From the NCBI GenBank assembly GCA_028534125.1, contig CM052816.1, positions 91,514,001-91,578,000 on the forward strand: 64,000 nt of DNA, written 5' to 3'. Positions 40,391 through 52,979 of the stretch are shown piece by piece (position 1 is the stretch's first letter; each line of letters opens with the position of its first letter). The notes below the pieces were generated by a model. It was not told the DNA's origin. It was given only the letters and a program-made list of their open reading frames with translations, and did not search any database. The position numbers were made by a program, and so were the translations under genes. The DNA comes from Lama glama. Lineage: Eukaryota.

Positions 40391-43248
40391 GTCAGAATGC
40401 CATTTGCATTTTGGTCTTCCCCGACTAGATGGTGGGTGTCTTGACGGTAGGAATTATGTTTGCTTTTTGTTATGTCTCCGGCAGCTATTGATGGAAGAGC
40501 ATGCACTGGATTGAATGTTCGGAACAGTTTCAACTTCCCAGCTCCTGAGGAACCAAGGCGTAGCAGGACTGGATACAAATAGAAAACCCGGCGCAGGTGG
40601 AGCCGCAAGACTCTTTCCCCCTCCCCACTTCCTGTCCGTTCCTCCACGCACCTCATGCCCTCCACGCACCCAGATATGCCACTTAAAAAATAAAGCAACA
40701 GTAGCAACATAAGATCTACACGACCAGGTATTCCTTTGATATCTTTAGAATATTTCACGTCCTCCACCCGCCCATGAACCATGTCTTTCCATAGTCAGAT
40801 CTAACTGTTCTGTCCCAGAGAAGGCACTAAGAGGCAGCACATGCACGAATGTAGCTGTATTCTTTGGAAATTCTTTCTCTAGAATCCTGGCCACTTCTGA
40901 TTATCAATGGTATTCATCCTGCTATATTTTTCCAGAAAAAAGTACCTGGCTAGGGAATTCTAAAAATCAGTACAAAAGACACATTTCACTACCACATTGG
41001 AAAAAAATATTGTGTTTGGCAAAGGGGAGAGTTTGGGATGCCATCAGTAAATACCCTCATCTTTGGTCCCAGTAACTAGAGCTGAGAAAAAAAATCTCAG
41101 CCATGAAGTCCTGTCTGCATCCTAATTCAGATGGGTTATTTATCCCCTTGGCTTGCTCCTACAGCGTTTCAGTTTTATTGGCTGAGTCAGACATCTTTCT
41201 TGTCCTTATTCCAGCATCAGTAGAATATCTCTATTCTTTCACTCTTTTTAGTTGGACAGACTGGCAGGATTTAGAGTGATTTTGATAAAAACTGAGGGCA
41301 GACGCAGCACTCAATATTTTTGACAGATGTGGCTCCATTGCTGTTTTGTTCTAGAGCTCAAAGCTCATGTGTTTCATAAAGCTAAATAAAACACTGAGCA
41401 CGTGAGAATTTCAGGAACACCAGGAACTCTCATGAGATGGCATCAATGCTGGGTACTCCTGGACCAAACATATGTATCTATCTATCCATCCATCCATCTA
41501 TATATCTTTTTATATGAAAACCAGCCCACCATATAAAATATGAACAATGGTGATAGTTCCAAAAAGCTTGACCCTTAACCACTGTTGTTGTCGTAGCTTC
41601 TAATATAGAAATTAAACGATTCTTCCAGACATTAGCAGAAAATCAGTGGCAGAACCAAGAAGCAAATTCTGGACTGTTAAATCCTAATCTAATCATTAAT
41701 TAACTTGATCAGATCTGACCACGTTATGAAAACTTAAAGGCAATCCGTGCCAGGGGCCAAGGTGGTCAATATTTCTGTGTTTGCTGTTTTGGGGTCTGTG
41801 GAGGAGGCTCTATCTCAGTGCAAGCCCATACTGAAGTTCTGCTACCGTTGACTTCAAAAGTTAAAGAGAAATGCTAGTGGAGACATTAAGAAATTACTTT
41901 AGAAAGTGTAGAGACATCCCAAATGCTGGAACAAAGTAAATTCAGGGACATTTGGAAATTGTTAATAAAGAAATCGAGAATAAATGAGCTAACTGCGTTT
42001 GGTGTGAGCCTCTTGGCAGGACTCTTGGCTTTCAGATTAGCGTAGCGGGGAGAGGTTAGGAAGGTTGGGAAAAGGGCCTGTAAACACTTCTACTCTTTAT
42101 TCTGATTCTGCTAAATCAGAAGGATGGTGGTTAAAAGTAGTTTTCTGAAGGATTAGGTATTCAGATGTGCCTAAATCCTACTGAAGTTAACTACTTGATG
42201 CTAACTTGGAGCAGACTTAAATTTATCTGTATGCTAATGGTATCTTGGAATATGGTCAGTGATAACCAGGACTCTTCTACCACGTAATCCATGTACATTG
42301 CACCCATTACAACCCGAACAGAAAAGAAAGGTTTTGTTTTTTTTTCCTTACTTATATAATGCAGTAGGGCCAGTAGGTGTTCCTGTGACAAAGGTGCATT
42401 GAAATGGGAAATTTCTAGTTGTAATCTTTTCAGCTGAAGTTGGAACACTTCCAAAATGAAATGTAATGTTTTAAAAAATTTAGCTAATTGCATTTCTAGT
42501 TTATTCCTGGGACACATAAAAAGGCTATATTGAGACATTATTAAAAATAAGACAAGATATCTGCAAACTGCTTGTCCCTATGACAGTCTACTGGAAACAA
42601 AATGTCACAAAGAACCTTGACATATTTCTCTCAGTGGCTTTTTGAAATCCTTAAAACTACATCTAGCAAGGGCTTACCTGTAGTTCTGTAACTTGCTGAT
42701 AGTCACTGACCATTTACACGAGGGGCCCTGGATCTTAACAGGAGGAAAATTTATCATGGTAAACACTAGACAAGCAGGACCACCCAGGGAAATGAGTTGG
42801 AAATTATGAGTGATGGGTGAACATTTACAAATAGATCGGGAAGGTTTGGGTTTGGCAAAAAAATGTAACACACCAAAAATCCCCCAAACACACCAAAACC
42901 ACAAACAAACCCCCCAAAACAAAACAAAAACAAACAAAAAAAAGCCCAAACCCTCCAAATTTGTTATACTTGTAGTTTATAACTGTGAGGTTATTAAATC
43001 TCTGCATACAGTTTGGAATTCACTTTTGAGGAATGGAGTGGAATACTTCTGTGGTCTTCCAGGCTCGTTACATTTCCAGGATCATCTCCAAAATGTTCAG
43101 TGTCCCTGACAAATTACTCCAGCATTCTGGCAATAATGTTTTCTGCTGGACATTGAGTTAGCCGCACTTAGCAATGTGGTCTGACAAGTTCTTTGAAATC
43201 ACCATAGACCGTTCTGAAATCACCAGGGACGTCTTCTGAAAATGGTGC

Positions 43249-43707
43249 TGTGGATGGAAAAATGTCACCTGCCAAATCAGTAAACAAAGGATGTTGTGGC
43301 CATCAAGCCATCAACCACTGCAATCATTTGACCGCATACGCTGAGGGGGTCCAGGATGGAGAAAGAAAACTGGATATGGTCCTAGATAATTAAGATGCGT
43401 ATCAGAGGAATGATTTTAACGAGCTCAGACTCTTGCATCCTCCCATATATTGAAAAGTGCTAAATTCATTAATTTGAGATGTCGTATGTCTGCTTTTTAA
43501 TTAACAATAATCTTTTGATGTTTCCACTACCTGTTTTTGTTGCTGTTGTTTGCAAAAACTGCTATGTCTCCTGGCTCCTCCCTTACCTCTCTGGAATAGT
43601 CCCTTAGAGCTATCTGAGAGACTGCCTCCCAGGCTTAAGTCCTCAGCGAGTCCGTTGAGTAAAACACAATTCTCAACTTTTAGGTAGTGCATTTTTTTCG
43701 GTCGACA
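43249..43707 (+). mobile_element. Solo ERV1-type LTR, copy 3
   Basis: tgtggatggaaaaatgtcacctgcc...ttttcggtcgaca with 4-bp flanks gtgc/gtgt; reverse-complement homologue of copies 1 and 2. Confidence 0.85.
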
Positions 43708-46700
43708 GTGTGCAATAAAAGAGTGGCCAAACGCACCTAAGGCAACCAAAAAAAAAATTATGAAATAATAATAATGATAAAATACAAGACTCAAGCCTGA
43801 ATTGGTGTTTCATTCTTTGCCACAGAGAACTCAACGGGCGGTACAAAACAAAAGGAGAGAAGTACATAAAATTTCTCTCACTCGAATTAAGAAATAGTAA
43901 TCTTTGAAAAAGTTCTAAAAGTTGCATTAGCTAAGTGGTTTTTAGTTTCAGCCAAAGGAGACGTTCAGCCAAATATTCCCAAAGCCTTTCTTGGATTCCA
44001 GCTAACTCCTAACGTTGAACATTGGGTTCCCAAGCCCTGGAGGGGAACTTCGCTGTGGAGCTGCTGATGCAATACTTGGCATTGATCAGAACATCAGATA
44101 AGAAAGGTCACTTTGCTCCGTGGCCAGAGCAAGCTATTGGCTGTGAAGAATTAGACACTGGAGCCCTGAAGCCACAAAGCCAACGAATTTAGGGTGAGGG
44201 AGGTTAAAGAAAGAGAGACCCTCAGCACCTGAGAACGTGTGACTTTTCTTCTTGGAAAAAGAAAAGAGTCCTTACACCGCAGCACGGGATCACCTTCAAG
44301 GTTATCTTGCCCCCTGCACGTGGGATTATGCACAAGTTTTACACGGAGACTAATGACCTCTCGTGGCAGTGTTTGTATTTCCCATCACTTTCCTGTGTGC
44401 ACTGTTTTTAAAAGAAACATGGCACACACGAGAGCTCTGAGGTCAGGGTACCAGCGAATTAATGCCAGCTTGGAAATCCAGAGGAGACTGGTTTTCATTA
44501 TGTGAGGGAGAGGTCATTATTTGAAGGGTTTTTTTTCCTCTCTTTTTTCTTTAAATCCACAGCCTCTTAGTCTCCAAACTTCCAGCCCGTCCATGGTCAT
44601 TATTCTTTGGGTGTTTTAAAATTATGAACAGAGAGGAGACCCAGCTGGAGTCTCATAGTCCGACTAGCTCATGGAAAGCCTGTGCTTCACAGACGTCATT
44701 CATTTAGATCAACTATGTCCAACATCCCATATCAGCCTGTGTGGTTTTAATGAGACCAAGAGAAATGGTCGGAATTCTGCCTCCCTGCATCTTCTACTAA
44801 GACAAGGATCTGTTCAGCAAAATGATCGCTTCAGGGGATTTACTAAGTGGTAAAGGAGCATGAAAAAAAACCCCTAACATTTCTCACGTTTCTCCATTGT
44901 TAGGGGGTGGGATTGCAAAATGAGGAATTGCAGTTTGAAACTCAATGCTTTTGTGTAGTTTGTACTGGAAAGTATGAAAAATGTAAAATTACACAAAGGT
45001 AACCATATCTGCTTTGGTCTCCATCTCCAAAAGAAAGGCTTTGAGATAAAATGAAGGAGGCCATTTATCAGTTGGGACAGTTTTGTTCCTTTATCTGCTT
45101 TCTCATAAAAGAGAAAGACCATGATACATTTGTTTAAATTCTAAATATAAACATCCGTGAAGAATACATTCAGGATGTAAAAGTTGGATTTTTTTTTAAA
45201 GTTTTATTTATAGAAGGTGACTGTGTGTTCATTAGTGGTTGGTAGAAGATTAGAGAAAAAGGGACCACCAGTTACTGGTTAATCTTTGTCGTTAGAAATC
45301 TTTCTTTCTATCTTTTGCATGTCCATCTGGAAATGGGCTTAATAAGCCTACTCAGACTTTGGGAGACCTTTGGGGGCTCTGAAAAACCGGGAGGATTATT
45401 GCCTCTGACTGCACTGAATCAGGAATTAAAAGCGTTCCTATCACTCTTCCACATTCTAATGGATTTCATTGTTTAGTTAATTGTTACTATGGGCAGATAA
45501 CTTCATATTCACAACCCTGATAAAATTTGAGGTTTCTAAGAACCCGTCCTCAGTGCATTTACAAGTAAAATCCATTTCTTGACAATTTTAATGGCTACTC
45601 AATCAATCTTTCTTGGACCATCCAATATTCTGCAAATTACTGACACAGACAAGTTTTTAATAAAAGGTCATGGTACATTGAGAAACTTGTTATTTTGACC
45701 GTTCCCACCATAAGTGCCTAATGATTAGAATGGTACCAAAGAGCACCCATCTTGGCTGCAGGATCCAAGGATTACTGCTGGAAGTACCTGCTGACTTCCT
45801 CTCCCTGAGCTAAATAATGGAGAAGTCATGATGGCCACTTTGCTGGCATATGGCTGTGTTTGGACCGTTTGTTGTTGCATATACTGTTTGGGAGGACAGT
45901 CAGATGGCTTTGATGTTTCTTAGAGATTGTCCAATAAATTATGTTTCAGGGTTATTTTTGGGAAATATTTTCCTTTTTTTTTTTTACAAATTATGTTGTG
46001 TGTGTGTATGTATGTGTGAGAAAGAGTATGTATGCGTATGTAGGAATTAACCTATGGGGCGACATTAGAACAAAAGAGAACTTTCTATTTCCATTAACTC
46101 AAGACAATGACAATGTTAACCTATAGTTAGTGTAGTTAATATTATGATAATCTTAACCTATGGTAGAGAGAAATTGCTTCATCAACCTGATCAAATATTT
46201 TGTCCCCAAGTGGGCTCCATGTACGCTGTTTTGTAGGTTCAAGTGCATCATGGCTTGTGAAGTTCACCTTGTCTGAGTTATAAAATCCAGCTCAAAGATC
46301 TTCTCCCTGAGAGAAGTCCCTAAGCTTTATTCCTCTCTCCATATAATGATGAAAACAATTCTTTGGTAAACTCCATCAGGGCAAGACTCTCAGTGCCAGT
46401 ACAGTGGCTGGCATATACTAAGTTCTTAAAAAATAATTATTTGATGCATGAATGAAAGAATGTTGCCACATTCTTTTTTATATCCCCTTCTTGACCTTCC
46501 AACTCTTTGCATGTTGTTATAATTATTCAGTCTGAGTTCTTTTAGGGCAAGGATATTGTATCTTATTCACCTGGAACTCATCATAGTACCTTGTCAGTAA
46601 ACTTTTGTTAAAGGAGTTGAGGGAAGCTGAGTACCATCTGCTCCTTCAGAAGAAATGATTGGCACTTCTTGAGAATTCACTGTTAGTGAAGAATGATGGG

Positions 46701-48286
46701 AATATTCAGTTTCCATCATATGTTGATCATCACATTGGCCAGGATAGAATTCAGACATGCTGATCTCATCAGTGTAAAATTCAGTAGCTGAGTGGCTGCA
46801 TGGAGAAATATTCAATATAGAAATGATCAGATTTGGAAACATTTAAGTCAGTTTTTCTTAATTTTATTTTTTAATGATCTTTCAAAGCCATCCTTTGACA
46901 GCTGGATGACGTTGATGGTCAACCCCTGAGCAACAACTTAGAGCTTAAACGTAGCCTTCCTGGATGGTCCATGCAGCTATTGGCATTCCAGCTGTAGATA
47001 CTTCCTGGGCAAGCCGTACTGGAGATGCCACAGCTGTGCTGTTGACAGGTAGGGATGGAGCCATACCCAACTCCCAAATGGAGATGCTCTTCATCTCACA
47101 TGATTTTAAATGCAAGTTGATCTGTTGACATGAGAGGAAAAAATAAAAAAGAGTCTATAAAACAGACCCATGGCTTGAGAAGAGTGATGCACTCAAGGAC
47201 AAAAGGAGGAATATTCACATCTTAGATGCACTCCTGGCTGGGCGTCCCCAATCTGAGTGTGTATGAGACCATTTCTTCCCTCAAGTGAACAACTTTGCCC
47301 CCTTGGGAGTCATCTCAATGAAACATGCCTGAGTTGCTCTTTGGCAGACTGGCACTGTGTTTAGGTAAGTCTCAGTGGTGGCATCAGTGCCCACTGCAGG
47401 CAGATGATGGATGACAGGCATCCACTTTCCCCCTGCACCTCTCCTTCCTGCAACATTAGTCCTGGTGTGTGGATCAAAAAGAAGAAACCATTTGACCAAG
47501 AGCTCGCCAAAGGAAAATCAATTTTGTTTCACACAATATTTAAGTTGTCTCTAAATCTCTCTCCCTCTTCTACTGTCTATTCAGCATTTCTGCAAATTAA
47601 TTTCTCCCTGAACTGATCGTGATTGTCAGCTATTGAACAAATGCTCTACTTTTCGACTTTTCTGTGAAAATTGAGACAAGGTAAGCAATTTCATTGTGTG
47701 ATTTTTTCCCCTTGAAAATACTCAACTTTTTGGTTTCATGTTGTGCACTCTTGGATGTCAAACTTCTTAAAGACTTTTTTTCCCAATTCTGAACAAATGT
47801 CAATATAAGAGATCATGAACCTCAAGGGGAAATGCATTTTATTTACTGCTAACCTTATTCTGGGATCTTGACAGGAACTGCATAGGGCTGCGTCGAGTTC
47901 ATGTTCCAAGGCAGCCAACAGACTTATTGGTTTACGGGAGGGTCATTACGTAGCTGACACAGGGTGAGAGCAAGCATAAGAACAACTACATTTAAAATCT
48001 ATGTCCCTTAAAACCTTTTCACTTGCTAAAGATGAATTCTGCCATTCATCTATCAGGACTTGCTTTCTGCCATATTGATTTCTCAGATCTTAAGCTTTGG
48101 GTAATGAGATAGTTGGCATTTCCCCTTTTCTAACTGACTGATAAATTTTCCTTTTAGACTAACTTGCTATATTCTTCTTCCAAATTTTAAGGTTTTAAGA
48201 CTTAAAAAAAATTTATAACGACCAATGGTCAGCATAATTTTGAAAATGTCTGCAACGCTTATAACCAGTGCCAGGGGAAGTGTATT

Positions 48287-48617
48287 CAGGTCTACAGTTA
48301 CTCATCTATAATTCTGAAATCTAGAAAGCTCTGAAAAAAAATCAAAGGTTTTTTTCACTAGGTTTGGCACAGATTAATTTGGTGACAAAACCTGACCCAA
48401 ACAGATGCAAGGTTATCTATAGCCTATAATAAAATTATGCAGTGTGACTGTTCATATGTACTGCTGTAGAAAAATTAACAGGCTTGATTAAGGGTGCTGT
48501 CCCAGACTCTACTAGGGATGTTGCAGAATATACCACAGATGACTTCCTAAAATGTGAAAAATTATAAATTCCAAAATATGCCTGGCTTCAAGGTAAGCTT
48601 AGGGAATTGAAGACCTG
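48287..48617. mobile_element. MER46C-like Tigger-family DNA element
   Basis: Terminal inverted repeats caggtctaca / tgaagacctg; internal resemblance to MER46C. Confidence 0.65.
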
Positions 48618-48861
48618 AACTAAACTGGGAGGGTAATGATTTTTTTCACTTACTTGCTAATTTTCAGCCACAGACAATGAGCTAAAGAAAATGACAAAAC
48701 GATGGACGCAAACTTAAAGAGACAAGAGCTGCAGTGACCACACTTGGTCTCCACCTCAACGTGAGGCAAGTTTTTCTCACTCGTTGAATGTCCCCATCTG
48801 AACACCATGCTCTTCTGGCCAGGATATTAAAGGAGGCTTAACCCAATTACCAACATATTGC

Positions 48862-48867
48862 TTTATT
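48862..48867 (-). terminator. Probable main polyadenylation signal AATAAA of FBXL7
   Basis: tttatt on the + strand, with a long U-rich tract upstream on the sense strand (48935-48970). Confidence 0.65.
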
Positions 48868-50794
48868 TCTTGGTGGTAGTAAATTAAGGCTTTCTAGAGT
48901 CATACAGCACGCAGTGATTTGAACATTAGAATTTAAAACAAAAAAACAAAAAAACAACAACAAAAAAAACAATGAGCATTCAATTTAGCAGAGGCAGGAA
49001 GGAAGCAATGTTTAAAAACAGATAAATTTCCTAGTGAGGCTTTTTTGCTTGGTCTCTCAAAATCTGCTGAGCTGTTTCCCCTAGTAACCTCTGTCATAGG
49101 TTCACACAACAAGGGGAAGCAGAAAGGATGAAGAGAAGACCGGGGGAAAGGGAGAAACTGGGAAAGACAGTGTGTGCTGGGCAACCAGTGTGCAAGTCAG
49201 CTTCGTCTCATGTTTGGAAGACAGTCTAGGTGATGTGGTCAGGGACTGGTGATACAGACAGATATTTGGAATAGGACCCCCACCCCTCTTCTCTGGTTCC
49301 CAGAGCCATTTTGCATCTCTGCCTTCATTCCAGGAGTGTTAAACCAGTTCACTTGGAAGGTCCCAGGGCCAAGGGTTAGGGATAATCCTTTCTGAGTTTC
49401 AAACTCCGAGCTGTTAAACAGGATCACAAATCACAGAGCAAGGGAGTGCTACCTTCAACCCCTTTCATGGTTCTAAACCGTGTGACCAGGCACCTTCCCC
49501 AGCCAAACAATTCCTTTTCCCTCATGACACACGGTCTTGACTGTGCCTCTCAATTGCTGATGGAGTTGACTGGAGAGGAGGCATATTTCATGTGATACCA
49601 CTTCATCCTATCTCCTCCTTCCCAACGTAACATAAAGGCACGCAAGGCGCCAACAGCGGGAGGGCAGTTGTTAAGTGATGCGTAGGCTTGATCTGGAACC
49701 AATTCCACATGCTAGGCTTGGAGAAACAGAGGTTCTGGGTGTGGATGGATCCTTTGAGACAAAAATGGATGAACTGTTTGAACAGTGATGAAGGACGGGT
49801 GTTGCCAGAGAATAATTTAAGAGAGGTCACAGGCTTATTAACAAAAGACAATTAAATTTCATGAACGTGAGCAATGGAGTTTCTTCTGGCATCCTGACTT
49901 TACATGCATGAGGCTAGCAAATGGATTTCTATCCAAACAGGGCCATTTAAAACTCTTCCTTGGCAGTGATATTGATGTTCTATTCCCAGGGCCTGGACCA
50001 GCGCCTAAGTCTTATCAATGTGTTCCCACTTCCGTTCATGTGGCACTTTTGAGGGAACAATATTTAAACTACCTGGAAGTCTGCTTTGCATCTTTGACAG
50101 AGGACACGCAGTCACACAAGGTGGCAAGCCACACAAGGCAACACTGACGACTTAACCCCAACAGGCTTCATGTGATGAAGTTCGGATGCACAGAGAAATA
50201 AATAGGTGAGGAAAGTAGAAATGTGATCTGAATGACAAAGAACCGAGGCATCTGTTCCTGCCAGCTGCAGGGCAGATGTGCTCGTGCGCCACGTGTGCGG
50301 TGAGAGGGATTAGGAAAGCCCTAGAGGACATGTGCTCCCTTGGGCCTCACTTGTTAATTAAAAACTGTAAGGGTCTTTCCTTCTATTTGAAAAAAACAAA
50401 AAACAAAAAACAAAAAACCTCCAAAAGATCAACTTTGACTGAGGGATGTGGGTTTTGCTGTGGTTAGGAATTCTATTGCCTCCGCACGATGATGTGGGCT
50501 GGGGTGATGCCGAAAGCATTTGTGTATTAAAACCATCCATCTAGTGGGGGCAGGAGAAGAGACTCACCCACCAAAACAAACTCAGATTGGAGTGAAGGAC
50601 ACACAGGACACTGGTGTTGACACTTCTCCTGAAAGCATCCGCAGAATCAATACCCTTTGAAGAGGAGGATGCCTCCTGTGCTCTATGCCAAAGAGTTTCT
50701 CTTTATTGACATCTCTGTTCCCTCAGCTCTGAAATGGGCATGAAGCTAATCCTTGATTAGATCAGACGATGGCCTCCAATTCAGTGCTGGAAGC

Positions 50795-50880
50795 AGAAGC
50801 CCAGAGAGGTCAAGTGCTTTGCCCAAAGTCACACAGCTAGTAAGTGGCAGAGCTGGAGGGGGGAGATGCAGGTCTCTTCC
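50795..50880 (-). mobile_element. MIR core inside the FBXL7 3' UTR
   Basis: gcccagagaggtcaagtgctttgcccaaagtcacacagctagtaagtggcagagctgg. Confidence 0.85.
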
Positions 50881-51467
50881 TCCACCATGCTGCTTGCCAC
50901 AAGTGATTCTTTAAAAAAGGCTTGGAAGCGCTTTGTGAATACTAGGTGGCTGTGACATTTATTTAACAAGAATTTGCTTGGGTGTGGGGCTGAAGTGTGG
51001 ATTAGGCCAACACGTAGTTTAAAGAGGAGGCGGTCTGGAGAGCATTATCATTCTGATGCCTTGTTGCTGTTGGAGATGGAGGAGTGAGCTGCGAGGGGTG
51101 AGGGTGCAGAACCCTGGGGAAGGAGGAGAGAGACAGAGAGAAAAGGGGGCGTTTCTAAAGATGCTGCAATCAGCTTTCTGAGGTACACCTTTTTGAGAAG
51201 AGAAACTGCCTACAATGACCTGACCCCCAAAACCGTTTACTGTAACAGAAATGTGTCCTCCCACCCCCACCTTGACCTCTGGTGCCCATGAGAAATTAGG
51301 GGGACAAAAAAAAAAGCGGATTCTTAAGAACCTTCCTGGGGGACAGAGCTGTTATGAGTGGGTGTCGGTGCTTACATATGCTGCTTTAAAAAAAAAACAA
51401 AACAAAAACCCATTTCGTTCTGTTCAGGTTCGTAGGGAAACAGCGGCGGCCGGAGGAAGCTGTCCGT

Positions 51468-52204
51468 TCAGAAGAAGGCAGGGTTGGTGTGCTCGATGAC
51501 GCAGCGCTTGCAGTGGCGTTTCACAAACCGCAGGGCCTCCACGGACACCTCGCAGTCCTGGACGTTCAGCATCTGGAGATCGAAGCAGTTGGCCGCCACG
51601 ATCTGCAAGCCCTGGCCGGTGATGCTCTCGCACGACTTGAGGCTGAGTCGCTTGAGATTGAAGCAATTCAGGGCCAGGCACTCCAGGCCGGTGTCGGAGA
51701 CCAGAGGGCACTTGCCGATGTCCAGAGACTTGAGTTTCGTGCAGTTCTTGGCGAGGTACTCCACGCCGTGGTCCGTGATGCCCTCGCAGCCCCTCGCGTT
51801 GAGGTAGCGCAGCTTGCTGCAGTACTTGGCCACGTAGCGGATGCCCACGTCGGTGACGCGGCCGCAGTGCGCGATGCTGAGGTACCGCAGGCGGGACTCC
51901 AGCTTGGCGATCTCGCGCAGGCCGAAGTCGCTGACGAAGCGGCAGTCGCTGACGCTCAGCTCCTTGATGGAGGTGCAGTAGATCATCAGGTAGCGCAGGC
52001 CCTCGTCGGTGAGGCGGACGCAGCGGCGCAGGTACAGGTGGGTGAGCTGCGTGCAGTGCGCCGCGATGGTGTGCAGGCCTTCGTCCTCCAGCACGAAGCA
52101 GTCCGTCATGTCCAGGTAGCGGATGGAAATCTGTTTGCCATGCAAGGGGGACAGTTTAATGGAGGCCTCCCGGGTCAAGCTGATGCAGGTCACTTTGGAG
52201 CACC
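51468..52204 (-). CDS. FBXL7: FBXL7 terminal coding exon: cysteine-containing LRRs to the stop codon
   Basis: Acceptor ctgtctctttatgtag|GG TGC TCC AAA GTG joins the upstream exon in frame (LDVSG-CSKVTCISLTREASIKLS). Repeating LxxLxLxxCxxITDxGL units, ending EHTNPAFF then TGA at 51470-51468. 737 coding nt. Confidence 0.97.
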
Positions 52205-52979
52205 CTACATAAAGAGACAGAACACAGGCTCAGAGCGACCTCCGAGGATGGGGATGGGGAGGCGGGGGAACTCGCCTTTACGGATTCCTACCCCTCTCCG
52301 GATTCGGGTCCCCACTTTACCCCTTCCCTTCTCCGCCCCTACAATAGAGAAAGCAAGGTTGGGGTTTTTGCGTTCATCATTTAACTGCTTTGGGTTTAGG
52401 AGGCCTGGGGGCTTTAGAATCAGAAAGGCAATGATTCCAAGTCCAGATCCATCACTAGGTGCCTGACACTGGGCAAATCAGTCCTTCTGAGTACTTCCTT
52501 TGTCTGAAAACAAGGGGGATCACCTTCCCTGAAAGGCAGCTGTGAAGGGAGAAATGAGACAATGTGTGTAAATATCCTGCCTTGGCCCTGGAAAGTTCCA
52601 GAAGCTCAGCAAAAGCCAGCTCTTACCCTACAGTGGTCTGGTAGCTCTGTGGTCCAAAGCAGTGAGATGTGAGATAGAAGGCTTGGCCATGACCTGGGTT
52701 TGGCAGAAAGAGCACTGGCTTGGCAGTCCCAAGCCGGTGGTTCAGCTCCACTTTTTATGACCTCAGGCTGAAGGCTTAAATTTTCTAGTGTCAAGCCTTT
52801 CCTCTGAAATGGGAACGAACAGCTGGCACGCCTGCGCTCTGGGGGTATAACAGGATGCAAGGAGATAACGGATACCGACATACTTTGAAAAGGATCAGAA
52901 ATATACATAGTTATTAGTCCAACAAGGTGACCATTTAGGGATTCAATTTGACCCTCTTTGGTCAAGGAGGAACTACTGT

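Larger units (their letters stand above)
48845..51467 (-). other. FBXL7: FBXL7 3' UTR, about 2.6 kb (3' end inferred)
   Basis: Repeat-poor sequence after the stop codon with U-rich tracts, ending near an AATAAA. Length resembles my recollection of the human UTR. Confidence 0.7.

Noticed and set aside
43190..43242. Three degenerate ~21-bp units (tgaaatcacc...) that might suggest an array
   Set aside because: Only two good copies and no spacer structure; local slippage duplication.
1..48800. Additional genes, processed pseudogenes, CRISPR arrays or prokaryote-type systems
   Set aside because: Mammalian repeat-rich intergenic DNA. The short ORFs show no recognisable domains, and I saw no exons of a neighbouring gene.
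51489..52466. 325-aa plus-strand ORF and other ORFs overlapping the terminal exon
   Set aside because: Antisense shadow of a GC3-rich exon in codon register, which explains the lack of stops. No recognisable protein.
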